A DNA stretch of 64,000 nucleotides from Candidatus Nomurabacteria bacterium (GCA_020631855.1 JACKGU010000001.1:167601-231600); one strand, 5' to 3'; counted from the first letter of the stretch, positions 8,429-17,885 are shown. Numbers and translations: made by a program. The notes: generated from the sequence alone by a model not told the origin.

Positions 8429-8553
8429 TTTATAATTTCATTACTTGAAACTACTTGTGTAAGCTAGTAGATGTATTTTAACCAACATGTTGGGCTTTGC
8501 AACGTAAAGAAATTATAGTAAACCACTTGTGTAGGCCGGTGGTGGTTGATTTC
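8429..8553 (+). repeat. Conserved ~123-nt intergenic element, copy 3.
   Basis: TTATAATTTCATTACT...CTACTTGTGTAAGCTAGTAG...CCAACATGTTGG...GCTTTGCAACGTAAAGAAATTATAGTAAACCAC...GGTGGTGGTTGATT. Confidence 0.6.
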
Positions 8554-8590
8554 GGACTTTTTCTATTTATGTTGATTTATTGGCAGGATT

Positions 8591-8935
8591 TCATTTTGAG
8601 GGTTTATCAGTTTGCAAAGTTTGTATAACTTCTTCTGTTTCTTTTTCCATAATTTTAAGAAGTTTTTCTTGGCGAGCTTCTATAATCTCAATTTTCTTTT
8701 CCCAGTCGCTTTGGGCGGCATGCAGTAAAGACATCATCAAAAAGGTTAGAATGGTTGTGGCCGTATTTATGAGAAGGTGCCAAATAGCATTAAATCCTAT
8801 AATGAGCCCAGAGGGAAGCCAGATGACAACCATTAAAAGCGAAATCCCGAACCAATACGGACTGCCTACGATTTTTGATACTCTTGTTGATAGCCCTTCA
8901 AATGCTTTACGTGTTTTACTTTGTGTTTTTGGCAT
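8591..8935 (-). CDS. Small two-helix membrane protein resembling the low-affinity iron permease (Fet4-like, PF04120-type) family.
   Basis: GSPYWFGISLLMVVIWLPSGLIIGFNAIWHLLINTATTILTFLMMSLL matches the family pattern (G.P..F......W......F...W.L.INT.TTI.TF). The opposite-strand ORF 8580–8942 is low-complexity and was rejected. Confidence 0.5.
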   Translation of the reverse strand: MPKTQSKTRKAFEGLSTRVSKIVGSPYWFGISLLMVVIWLPSGLIIGFNAIWHLLINTATTILTFLMMSLLHAAQSDWEKKIEIIEARQEKLLKIMEKETEEVIQTLQTDKPSK

Positions 8936-9124
8936 TACATAAATGTTAATGTTATTTTAACGCCAAGTCAAGGTAAAAATACGTCTGTGACAATTGCGTT
9001 TATAGAAATTCAACCTTTGTACAAGCATTTTTAGTTAAATAAGGCTTTAGGCTTGTAGTTTCTACTACCAGCGCTCCTTCAGCTCATTGACAGCAGCAGT
9101 GCTGTGTGTTTTAATCTCAAAGCT

Positions 9125-9400
9125 ATGTCAGTTATATGTGAAATTTGCGGAAAAGGCTATTTGAAGGGGAACCTCATATCTACAGGTATAGGTAAGCGCG
9201 TGTCTCGAAGAACAAATAGAACTCAAAAACCAAACATTAGAAATAAAAGAGTTGAAATAAATGGTCAAAAGGTTCTTGTAAAAATGTGCGCTTCTTGTTT
9301 AAAGAGAATAAAGTACGAAGAGAAAAAGCTTTTAGCTCAAAATGTTGCAGATTCCGCAGGTAGCGCAGAGACTGTAGCCGTTTCCGATACCCAGGCATAG
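9125..9400 (+). CDS. rpmB: 50S ribosomal protein L28 with a C-terminal extension.
   Basis: MSVICEICGKG...KPNIRNKRVEINGQKVLVKMCASCLKR fits the L28 pattern (C.ITGK..GN..S......NL...RV..NG....V.C..CLK). Confidence 0.7.
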   Translation: MSVICEICGKGYLKGNLISTGIGKRVSRRTNRTQKPNIRNKRVEINGQKVLVKMCASCLKRIKYEEKKLLAQNVADSAGSAETVAVSDTQA

Positions 9401-9432
9401 AAATTTCCGATCTTAAATTATCCTTGTAAGTT

Positions 9433-10446
9433 TTAGCCCCCAATTCTTTTTGAAGAATATCCAGATAGAAAGCTTTTCCAGTCTGTTATATTTTTCCCTT
9501 CGACCTGTATCCTCTTTATCACTAATACATTAGAGTTATTTATTTCCGCTTCGTATATTTTTATAACCTTATTGTTTTTTACATTTAGATCAAAAGTGTC
9601 AAACGCATTTGTTGTATTTTTATCATTGTTTAGGATTATTCCCTCAGATGTAAGAGTAATGCTGTCCTGCCTCATGTCTTGCAAGGTACTCCAGCAAACT
9701 GGCCATGGAAAATAAGCACGTATCATATTATTTATAATATTGACATTCTTTGACCAATTAATTCTCGCATCATCTCTGTATATGTATGTGCTTTTTGGGT
9801 GTGTAGGGGAGTAGCAGTAGGTTGCACTTGCGTGATCTTGTTCTTTTGGAGAAATTATATTTTTAACATAATCTTGGATTGTTTGCGGGAGCAAGTCGGC
9901 AGCAAAAATAAATAGTTTGTCATACAGTGACGCAGTAGTATCAAGTTTTTCTATTGGGAAGGAGCGTTGCGTAAGTATGTCCCCTGTGTCCATTCCCTCG
10001 TCCATGAGAATAAATGTAACCCCTGTATACTCGTCGCCGTTTAGCAATGATTGTTGCACCGGACTCGCGCCCCTATATTTTGGTAGTAATGAAAAATGTA
10101 CATTTATCATGCCATATTTTGCCTCTTGTATAATCTCTAGCGGTATTATGTAGCTGAAATCCGCAACAATGGCTATATCTACGTTATTCATTAATAGAGA
10201 CTTTTTTACAGTGTCAATGTTTTTCCTATCTTTTAAATTATCTACCTCAATGTAATGCACATTTTTACCCAGAGCCCATTTTTTTACACCGGTTTGCCTA
10301 ATATCTCTATTTCTTCCTACCTTTGTATCTGACTTTGTCACACATAAACATAGATTAAACTCAGAATAAAGGGCTTTTAAAATGGGTTCTGATTTATCTG
10401 ACGTGCCAAAAAAAGCGACATTAAGTGAATTAGTCTCATTCGTCAT
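9433..10446 (-). CDS. fmt: Methionyl-tRNA formyltransferase.
   Basis: It has the formyltransferase N-domain (HFSLLPKYRGASPVQQSLLNGDEYTGVTF) and a C-terminal domain. It is adjacent to def. Confidence 0.85.
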   Translation of the reverse strand: MTNETNSLNVAFFGTSDKSEPILKALYSEFNLCLCVTKSDTKVGRNRDIRQTGVKKWALGKNVHYIEVDNLKDRKNIDTVKKSLLMNNVDIAIVADFSYIIPLEIIQEAKYGMINVHFSLLPKYRGASPVQQSLLNGDEYTGVTFILMDEGMDTGDILTQRSFPIEKLDTTASLYDKLFIFAADLLPQTIQDYVKNIISPKEQDHASATYCYSPTHPKSTYIYRDDARINWSKNVNIINNMIRAYFPWPVCWSTLQDMRQDSITLTSEGIILNNDKNTTNAFDTFDLNVKNNKVIKIYEAEINNSNVLVIKRIQVEGKNITDWKSFLSGYSSKRIGG

Positions 10447-10958
10447 ATTAAATGATCTACCTCCTCCTCGGTGTATACTTTTCCGATAGTTTTTGTTGTA
10501 AATAGTATTCCATCCAGATGGTCAATTTCATGCTGAATTACTCTTGCCAGAAAGCCGGAAGCCTTAATCTTGTGCTTCCGACCTTTTATATCATAGAAAG
10601 ACACAGTAATGTTTGTTGAACGTTGTACATAGCCATAGACGTTAGGGATGCTAAGACACGCCTCAAGATCGACTTTTTTTGTAGAGCTTTTTGAAGTAAT
10701 GTCAGGGTTTATCATTATTATTTCAAGCTCTTGTGACTCGGAGATATACTTTTTAACTAAGCAAATTCTTTTCAGCACGCCAATTTGTGGGGCGGCAAGT
10801 CCTGCCCCTTCAGGGTGATTTTTTGCGTTTAAAGTGTCAATTAAGTCCTGAGCAAGCGACTCGGTCTCGGTGTCAAAGTTGCTTACCGCGGCGCACTGTT
10901 TTAAGAGCACTTCGGGTGTTTTTTCCTTGTTAACTTTGACTATTTCCTTAATTGCCAT
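10443..10958 (-). CDS. def: Peptide deformylase.
   Basis: It carries the motifs GAGLAAPQIG, EACLSIP and QHEIDHLDG. Confidence 0.9.
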   Translation of the reverse strand: MAIKEIVKVNKEKTPEVLLKQCAAVSNFDTETESLAQDLIDTLNAKNHPEGAGLAAPQIGVLKRICLVKKYISESQELEIIMINPDITSKSSTKKVDLEACLSIPNVYGYVQRSTNITVSFYDIKGRKHKIKASGFLARVIQHEIDHLDGILFTTKTIGKVYTEEEVDHLI

Positions 10959-11266
10959 GGGTCTATTTTATCATACTGAAATAGATTCTGTGCTTATACT
11001 GCTGCAAGGCCAACGTAAATACCGCCTTTATTTAAGAACATTCTTCAATGTAATAGAAGATTTTTGACTTTTGCTCATCTGATTGAGTTTAAAGCATTTT
11101 TTAAACGCTTTTTTGACAATTATTATGTTTCATGTATTCTTTTTTAAATAGAGCGAGAGATTTTTCTCTAGGTATCTGTTGAATTAGTAATTTTTGTCTG
11201 AGAATCTAATAAATCTCAGCGTTGTTATAAAGTGGTGCTTGAAAGGCCATTTATATAAAGGTAGAA

Positions 11267-13474
11267 ATGTCTAAACTTGTCATAGTAGAATCGCCTACAA
11301 AAGCAAAGACTTTATCTAAGATTTTAGATAAATCTTATGTGATAGAAGCCTCAATGGGTCATATCAGGGATTTGCCTAAAAAAGGTTTAGCAGTTGATGT
11401 AGAGCATAATTTTGAACCTAGTTATGAGGTTCCGGAAAAAGCTCAAAAAGTTGTTAATGCTTTAAAAAAGAAGTTAGCAGACACGGATGTGGTAGTGCTG
11501 GCAACAGACCCTGATAGGGAAGGGGAGGCAATAGCCTGGCATTTACAGCAGATTCTGACTTCAGTTAAAAAATACAAGACTATGAGATACGAAAGGGTGG
11601 TTTTTCACGAGCTTACACGAGATGCCGTATTAGAAGCTTTTACACACCCAAGCGAGCTTAACCTAAATTTAGTTGATGCACAGCAGGCAAGAAGAGTTTT
11701 AGATAGGCTGGTTGGCTATAAGCTGTCGCCTTTATTGTGGAAGAAAGTACGTTTTGGGCTTTCGGCCGGTAGGGTTCAGAGCGTGGCTGTAAGATTAATT
11801 GTTGAAAAAGAGAGAGAGCGTTTAGCTTTTATTCCTGAGGAATATTGGACTTTAATTTCTAATTTAGCTTTCGGGGTAGGAGAAAAAAAGCATTCTATAA
11901 AGGCGGAGCTTGAGAAAAAAGACGATAAAAAAATTACAATTGATAATCAAAAAGATGCTCAAAAAGCACAGAATGACCTTGAAAAAGCACTTTATACCCT
12001 TTCTGCAGTTGATAAAATAGAACGAAAAAGACAAGCAAACCCGCCATTTAGAACTTCGACGCTGCAGCAGGCAATGTCAAATTTATACGGTTTCACGGCA
12101 TCCAGAACAATGAGTGCCGCGCAAAAACTTTTTGAACAAGGTCTGATAACGTACCACAGAACAGATTCTTTTAATTTAGCTCCTCAATTTGTGGCCAGTG
12201 CTAGGGCGTATGTTAAAGATAATTATGGACAAGAGTATTTGCCGACTGATCCCGTTTTTTACAAAACAAAGTCAAAAAATGCCCAAGAGGCACACGAAGC
12301 CATTAGGCCTACAGATGTATTTTTACACCCTTCCAAGCTTAAAAAAACTATTGCTGAAGATGCACGAAAAGTTTATGTAACAGTTTGGCGCAGGGCGCTA
12401 GAGTGCCAGATGGCGCCGGCTATTTATGATCAAACAACTTTTAAAATAACAACCAATAACAATTATGGATTAAAAACAACCGGCTCAATAATCAAGTTTT
12501 CCGGCTGGATGGCGATTGGGGAGAAGTTGGGTTTGAAGATGTCGGGAGATGATGTAGCTCTGCCCGATATTAAAGAGGGCTCGGCTTTAGATTTAGTTTC
12601 TGTTGAATCAACTCAGCACTTTACGCAGCCTCCGGCACGCTATTCTGATGCCACTTTAATTAAAAAAATGGAAGAACTGGGTATCGGCAGGCCTTCCACC
12701 TACGCACCAACACTAAGTACGATACAAAGACGCGGATACGTTGAAAAAGAGGGTAAATACTACAAACCAAAGCCCGTTGCATTAGTAGTTACTGATTTAT
12801 TGGTTGGTAATTTCCCTAATATTGCCGGTTATGATTTTACGGCTGAAATGGAAAACGAGCTGGATTTAATAGCTGAGGGTGAAAAAAAATGGGTCCCGGT
12901 TGTTAAAGCCTTTTACGAACCTTTTGAAAAACAGGTTGAAGAAAAAGATAAGACATTAAGTAAGCACGACATTACAAATTTGGGAGAAACTGATGAAAAA
13001 TGCCCTGAATGCGGAAAGACTTTGATAATTAAACTTGGAAAATTTGGCACTTTTTTAAGTTGTTCCGGTTATCCCGAATGCGAGTATGCCAGGCCAATTG
13101 AAGGCTCGTCTTCGGAAAACGAGAACGGAGAGACTGTTGATTATGGTAAGTGCACAGTTTGCGAAGATGGTATTTTTGTATTAAAACAAGGGCGTTTTGG
13201 CAAATTTTTAGCTTGTTCGAATTATCCAAAATGTAAAACAACAAAGCCTTTCTTGGAAAAAATTGGCATGCATTGCCCCGATTGTAGCGATGGGGAGGTT
13301 ATCGTGAAAAAAGCCAAGGGCCGTTCTTTTTATGGATGCAGTAATTACCCAGAGTGCAAGTACGCCAGTTGGAAAAACCCTTTGCAAAAGGATGCGAAAG
13401 ATCGAAGCACGCAGGATTCTTCTTTAGTTGAGATTGAGTCTGATGTTGCTGTTGATGAGTCAGAAGAAAGCTAA
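11267..13474 (+). CDS. topA: DNA topoisomerase I with C-terminal C4 zinc ribbons.
   Basis: It has a Toprim N-terminus (LVIVESPTKAKT), the catalytic region TYHRTDS, and repeated CxxC...CxxC ribbons (CPECGK..., CTVCEDG..., CPDCSDG...). Confidence 0.9.
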   Translation: MSKLVIVESPTKAKTLSKILDKSYVIEASMGHIRDLPKKGLAVDVEHNFEPSYEVPEKAQKVVNALKKKLADTDVVVLATDPDREGEAIAWHLQQILTSVKKYKTMRYERVVFHELTRDAVLEAFTHPSELNLNLVDAQQARRVLDRLVGYKLSPLLWKKVRFGLSAGRVQSVAVRLIVEKERERLAFIPEEYWTLISNLAFGVGEKKHSIKAELEKKDDKKITIDNQKDAQKAQNDLEKALYTLSAVDKIERKRQANPPFRTSTLQQAMSNLYGFTASRTMSAAQKLFEQGLITYHRTDSFNLAPQFVASARAYVKDNYGQEYLPTDPVFYKTKSKNAQEAHEAIRPTDVFLHPSKLKKTIAEDARKVYVTVWRRALECQMAPAIYDQTTFKITTNNNYGLKTTGSIIKFSGWMAIGEKLGLKMSGDDVALPDIKEGSALDLVSVESTQHFTQPPARYSDATLIKKMEELGIGRPSTYAPTLSTIQRRGYVEKEGKYYKPKPVALVVTDLLVGNFPNIAGYDFTAEMENELDLIAEGEKKWVPVVKAFYEPFEKQVEEKDKTLSKHDITNLGETDEKCPECGKTLIIKLGKFGTFLSCSGYPECEYARPIEGSSSENENGETVDYGKCTVCEDGIFVLKQGRFGKFLACSNYPKCKTTKPFLEKIGMHCPDCSDGEVIVKKAKGRSFYGCSNYPECKYASWKNPLQKDAKDRSTQDSSLVEIESDVAVDESEES

Positions 13475-13493
13475 CTGAGGCCTAATAAGGCTT

Positions 13494-14822
13494 TTACTCT
13501 ATTGTTGGATAGATCGGAAACCTTGATGCAAAATCTGCAACTTCTTTCTTAATCTCTTTTAAGTAGGTATCTGTTTTCAATTTTTTCAAAAACACGGCTC
13601 TCTTTTCTTTATTTTCCCCTTTTGAATTATTGCTGAAGTTGGTATCCATGGATCTAACGGTATAGTTAAGTGTTTTGTCTATTATTGTAGCCACATATTC
13701 CATTTGCTCCTCTTTCATGCCCCTGGATGTTAGCGCCGGTGAGCCTAGCCTTATTCCGGAAGGGTAGAATGGGGTCTTTGTATCAAAAGGAATTATATTG
13801 CGGTTTACGATTACGCCTGCATACTCTAAGGCCCAAGCTGCGGCCCACCCATCTATATTCTTTGCAGATACATCTAGCAATAATAGATGGGTATCGGTTC
13901 CGCCGGAAATTATCGTGTATCCTTTTTTTATAAACACATTGCAGAGTGCTTTAGAGTTCAGGACTACCTGATTAATGTATTCGGTGAATTGAGGGCTTTG
14001 GGCTTCGCCCAAAGCCACAGCAATACCCGCAATGTTGTTTAGATGTGGGCCCCCTTGGGTGCCGGGGATAATTGCCTTATCAATTTTACTTGCTAGCTCA
14101 GGGTCTTTGTTAGTACCGGCGTCAGTAGTTAAAATTAAGGCACCTCGGGGGCCCCTTAATGTTTTATGTGTCGTGGTGGTTATTATGTCGGCGAAAGGAG
14201 TTGGGGAAGGGTGTGTTTTTGCAACTACAAGGCCTGCAATATGTGAGATGTCCGCCATATGATACGCCCCGACCTCTTTTGCTATTTCTCCTATTAATTT
14301 AAAATCTATTGTTCTAGAATATGCGCTGCCTCCGGATATAATAAGTTTGGGCTTATGTTGGTGCGCCATCTCTCTCATCACTTTGTAGTCAATAAAACCT
14401 TCAGGACTCACCCCATACTGAATTGAGTTAAAAAACTTTCCTGATAGTGTTACCTTGGGGTGGCCGTGAGTTAAGTGCCCTCCTGACGACAAGCTCATGC
14501 CCATTATCGTATCTCCAACATCTAAAAGTGCAAATAATACTGCAAGGTTCGCAGGGGAGCCGGAATTTGCTTGGACATTGGCAAAGGGTGTATCAAATAA
14601 AATTTTCGCTCTCTGTATAGCCAGTTTTTCTATTTGATCGGCATACTTATTCCCTTGGTAATATCTTTTTTCGGGGTATCCTTCGGCATATTTATTGGTA
14701 AAAACTGATCCCAAAGCCCTAAGTACGTTTTTTGATACGTAATTTTCGCTTGGAATGAGCTGAAGTTCTGCTCGTTGTCTACGAGTTTCCATTTTTATAA
14801 TCCGATTTACATTTTTATCCAT
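13494..14822 (-). CDS. glyA: Serine hydroxymethyltransferase.
   Basis: It has the PLP-lysine region TTTTHKTLRGPRG and SHMT signature similarity throughout. Confidence 0.9.
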   Translation of the reverse strand: MDKNVNRIIKMETRRQRAELQLIPSENYVSKNVLRALGSVFTNKYAEGYPEKRYYQGNKYADQIEKLAIQRAKILFDTPFANVQANSGSPANLAVLFALLDVGDTIMGMSLSSGGHLTHGHPKVTLSGKFFNSIQYGVSPEGFIDYKVMREMAHQHKPKLIISGGSAYSRTIDFKLIGEIAKEVGAYHMADISHIAGLVVAKTHPSPTPFADIITTTTHKTLRGPRGALILTTDAGTNKDPELASKIDKAIIPGTQGGPHLNNIAGIAVALGEAQSPQFTEYINQVVLNSKALCNVFIKKGYTIISGGTDTHLLLLDVSAKNIDGWAAAWALEYAGVIVNRNIIPFDTKTPFYPSGIRLGSPALTSRGMKEEQMEYVATIIDKTLNYTVRSMDTNFSNNSKGENKEKRAVFLKKLKTDTYLKEIKKEVADFASRFPIYPTIE

Positions 14823-14964
14823 TGTTTAGCGATTATATAATGATTTCAAATTTATTTACAGATTATCACGGTTATTGTTGACACCTGCCAGAATTGCTTC
14901 TCACAGACCTCCTTTTATGCTATAAGTTACATATGTATACAGAAAATGCCGAAGGCCATTTTAT

Positions 14965-15939
14965 ATGGAAAGCGGTCGCATTATAGGACGCGCTGGGAAT
15001 GAGAGAAGAGCCCCAAGTGCGGTCGTTAATGAGCGACCCACTGAGGATGCGGTAATAGCGCTAGAAAATGAAGAAGAGTCTTATAAAATTCGAGCAGCGT
15101 TTCTAACTCTATTAATAGGTGCGGTGGATTTAAAAGGCCGAACAAAGGGACCCGATACCCCGAGCATTAAGCTTAGTCGGATATTTCATAAAGTTGTAGC
15201 TTTACACCGCTTTGGTTTTACTCGAGAAGCATTCGAGCTCATTATAAGTGCCGCTATAACAAACAGCCTTTCTTGCGCTCAGGATAATAAGGAGGCGATA
15301 GTGACTAGTGCTCTAGTAAACTTTGATGCCGAGGAATTAGGGCTTCCTCCTTGGCAGGCAAAATTTTATTTGAGTGTCTGTTTTGATCTTTTGGAACAAG
15401 ATTGCCGTGTTCTCGAAGAAGGAAATACTGCAATTTTCGGCAGTAGTGAGCGACAAGCACTGGCCTTTGCCTTAAATAATAACTTAACCCCAGATTTTAT
15501 AAATTCTGCGCTAGAAGAAATTTTTTTTCCACGCCTTAGGCAAGAAGGTAGCAGTATCCTGCCCCCTGCTGATTCTCTGGGAAAGGCCTACTTCAGTGCA
15601 AGCCTGGGCCTGTACCGTATTTTTTTACATCATTATCGCGCTATAAAAAATAGCTCAGGTGGTAGCGCCCCTGTTGAGTTGGAGTCGGGTACAATAGTGC
15701 CCGCGGGTAATCCGCCTCCCTTTACTGGAGATTCTATGAGGGCTATGTTTAATAGGGTGTCTGCGCGCCTTTTGGGTATAGTTACTTGGGCCGAACAAGG
15801 CCCCCTTTCACTCCCAAGAGGTACAACACCCCCTCTGATCGGCGAAGAGAGGGGTGACCTGTATGAGGCTTGCCTTACACTAACTGATTTGTTCCCTGGC
15901 TTTGGTCGCTCAAGTCTCAGGAAAATCATAAGTCGGTAG
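14965..15939 (+). CDS. Hypothetical protein (324 aa) with compositionally atypical, GC-rich coding sequence.
   Basis: The 975-nt uninterrupted ORF is in a ~50% GC segment, against about 38–40% for neighbouring genes. It uses CGC/GGC/CCC-rich codons. No motif was recognised and the C-terminal part is Pro-rich. Confidence 0.45.
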   Translation: MESGRIIGRAGNERRAPSAVVNERPTEDAVIALENEEESYKIRAAFLTLLIGAVDLKGRTKGPDTPSIKLSRIFHKVVALHRFGFTREAFELIISAAITNSLSCAQDNKEAIVTSALVNFDAEELGLPPWQAKFYLSVCFDLLEQDCRVLEEGNTAIFGSSERQALAFALNNNLTPDFINSALEEIFFPRLRQEGSSILPPADSLGKAYFSASLGLYRIFLHHYRAIKNSSGGSAPVELESGTIVPAGNPPPFTGDSMRAMFNRVSARLLGIVTWAEQGPLSLPRGTTPPLIGEERGDLYEACLTLTDLFPGFGRSSLRKIISR

Positions 15940-16260
15940 ACATTATTTCTGGCTCATGCTACTATCCATGCTAGAAGTTGTGAGTCTAAAGATTCGCAAG
16001 CTAGGTCCCGAAGGTCCCTGGCAATAGCCTTTTAGTATTTAATGAAAAGGCACAGCTTTCGGGTGATGGTTTATTTATAAACCCAATTAGTAAAAGGGAA
16101 GCAGTAGGTAAGATTTAATCTTTGCTGTAAGAATGTAATTATTAAACACCTCTCCTTTCTCTTTAAATTATTGCCAAGTGCAGATTTTTATAAATACTGC
16201 TAAATGCTAATTTGTGTAAAAACGAATTTGCAGTTTATAAATATTAATTTTAAGGAAATT

Positions 16261-17391
16261 ATGTCAAAACCATATAAGTTACCAAAAGTCGAAGATCTTT
16301 TTTCAGCAGGGGTGCACTTTGGCCATCAAGTCCGAAGGTGGAATCCTGCGATGTCGGAATATATCTACGACACAAGAAGAAACGTACATATTATAGATTT
16401 ACAAAAAACCCACGCTAAGCTCGAGGAGGCTTGCGATTATTTATACGATTTGGCGTCTAAGGGAGAGAAAATAATTTTTGTCGGTACAAAAAGACAGGCA
16501 AAAGAGATGCTCGAAGTAGAGGCCAAAAGATGCGGAGCATTATTCGTTTCAGAGCGGTGGTTGGGTGGAATTATAACTAATTTCCAAGAAGTTAAGAAGA
16601 ATATAGATAGGTTTCTTATGCACATTAGAAAAATGGAAAGCGGAGAATATCAATCTTACACAAAGAAAGAACGCTTGTTGATTGAGAGAAAAATTGAAAA
16701 ATTACGCAAAGCAATTGGCGGCCTTGTGGGCTTACATTCGAGTCCTGCGGCACTGTTTGTTATTGATTCAAAAAGAGAAAAAACAGCTATAAGAGAAGCA
16801 AAGGCAAGCGGTGTAAAAGTTGTAGCTCTTGTTGATACAAACTCAAATCCTCGAGATGTTGATTATGTAATTCCGGGTAATGACGATGCAATAAAATCTG
16901 TTGCTTTAATATTAAATGCAGTCTCTGATGCCATTGAGGCAGGGTATAAGGTTTTTGAAAAAGATGCCGCAAAAATAGCTGATGAAAAAAAGCAAAATGA
17001 TTCGGATAAAGCAAAAGATGAGGTCTCTCTCGATAAGGTTGTGCCTGTTGTAGTTACATCAACTGAATCTCCTGTGGCTTCGTCCGAAGCAGGAAAGAGG
17101 CTAATCGAAAGAGTTAATAAAGGCGATGTTTCGGATCTAGACAGCGCTAAAGGCATAGAAGATACCGTAGAAGATACAGAAAAGTCTACCAGCAAGACAG
17201 ATAGAGAGCCTGTTGCAAAGAAAGTAGAAAAAAAAGAGAGTTCAAGGGAGAAAAAGGTTGTAGAAAAAGTATCAAAGACTAAAGCTGAAGAAAAGGCAAA
17301 AAAACCTGTCAAGAAGGCTACAGCAAAGGTAGCGGGAAAAAAGCCAGAAAAAACCCCAGTAAAAAAGTCAACTAAAAAAAGTAATAAATAA
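16261..17391 (+). CDS. rpsB: 30S ribosomal protein S2 with a ~140-aa K/E-rich C-terminal tail.
   Basis: The N-terminus AGVHFGHQVRRWNPAM... is the S2 core. Residues 250–376 form a lysine/glutamate-rich low-complexity tail. Confidence 0.9.
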   Translation: MSKPYKLPKVEDLFSAGVHFGHQVRRWNPAMSEYIYDTRRNVHIIDLQKTHAKLEEACDYLYDLASKGEKIIFVGTKRQAKEMLEVEAKRCGALFVSERWLGGIITNFQEVKKNIDRFLMHIRKMESGEYQSYTKKERLLIERKIEKLRKAIGGLVGLHSSPAALFVIDSKREKTAIREAKASGVKVVALVDTNSNPRDVDYVIPGNDDAIKSVALILNAVSDAIEAGYKVFEKDAAKIADEKKQNDSDKAKDEVSLDKVVPVVVTSTESPVASSEAGKRLIERVNKGDVSDLDSAKGIEDTVEDTEKSTSKTDREPVAKKVEKKESSREKKVVEKVSKTKAEEKAKKPVKKATAKVAGKKPEKTPVKKSTKKSNK

Positions 17392-17404
17392 GGAGAAAAA
17401 GAAC

Positions 17405-17860
17405 ATGAATTTAGATGTACAGACAATTAAAAAACTACGTGAAGAAACTGGAGCAGGTGTTTTAGAGGTGAAACAAGCTCTCGAAAAATACGATGGGGAC
17501 TATGAAAAGTCAAAAGCTGAGCTTATGGAAAAGGGTCTTGCTAAGGCGGCAAAGAAATCGGAACGTGTAACAAGAGATGGATCGATCGTGTCTTATATAC
17601 ATAATGGCGCCAAGGTTGGAAGTTTGGTTAATGTTGCGTGCGAAACCGATTTTGTTGCTAAGACAGACGACTTCCAGAAGCTTTGCAGAGAAATTGCAAT
17701 GCAAGCAGCTACTGAAGATTATGAAAGTGTAGAAGACTTATTAAACGCCGAATACATAAGAGATACAAGCAAAAAAATTAAAGATCTAATTCAGGAAACA
17801 ATAGCAAAAGTCGGTGAAAATATTGAACTAAAAGCAATTTGCAGATTTTCTGTCAGATAA
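17405..17860 (+). CDS. tsf: Elongation factor Ts (short form, 151 aa).
   Basis: The UBA-like N-terminus is IKKLREETGAGVLEVKQALE and the core contains TDFVAKTDDF. It follows rpsB directly. Confidence 0.85.
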   Translation: MNLDVQTIKKLREETGAGVLEVKQALEKYDGDYEKSKAELMEKGLAKAAKKSERVTRDGSIVSYIHNGAKVGSLVNVACETDFVAKTDDFQKLCREIAMQAATEDYESVEDLLNAEYIRDTSKKIKDLIQETIAKVGENIELKAICRFSVR

Positions 17861-17885
17861 AGTTGTTTGGTGTTATTATATTTTT

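Noticed and set aside
8580-8942. Plus-strand 120-aa ORF.
   Set aside because: It is antisense to the Fet4-like small membrane protein gene. It is S/I-rich, low-complexity and has no motif.
15650-15670. tRNA-like D-arm sequence TAGCTCAGGTGGTAGCGC inside the GC-rich ORF.
   Set aside because: The flanks provide no acceptor stem, anticodon arm or T-arm. It is not a tRNA or tmRNA.
16863-17426. Minus-strand 187-aa ORF.
   Set aside because: It is antisense to the K/E-rich tail of rpsB. The F/S/T-rich translation is the typical mirror artefact of a low-complexity coding region.
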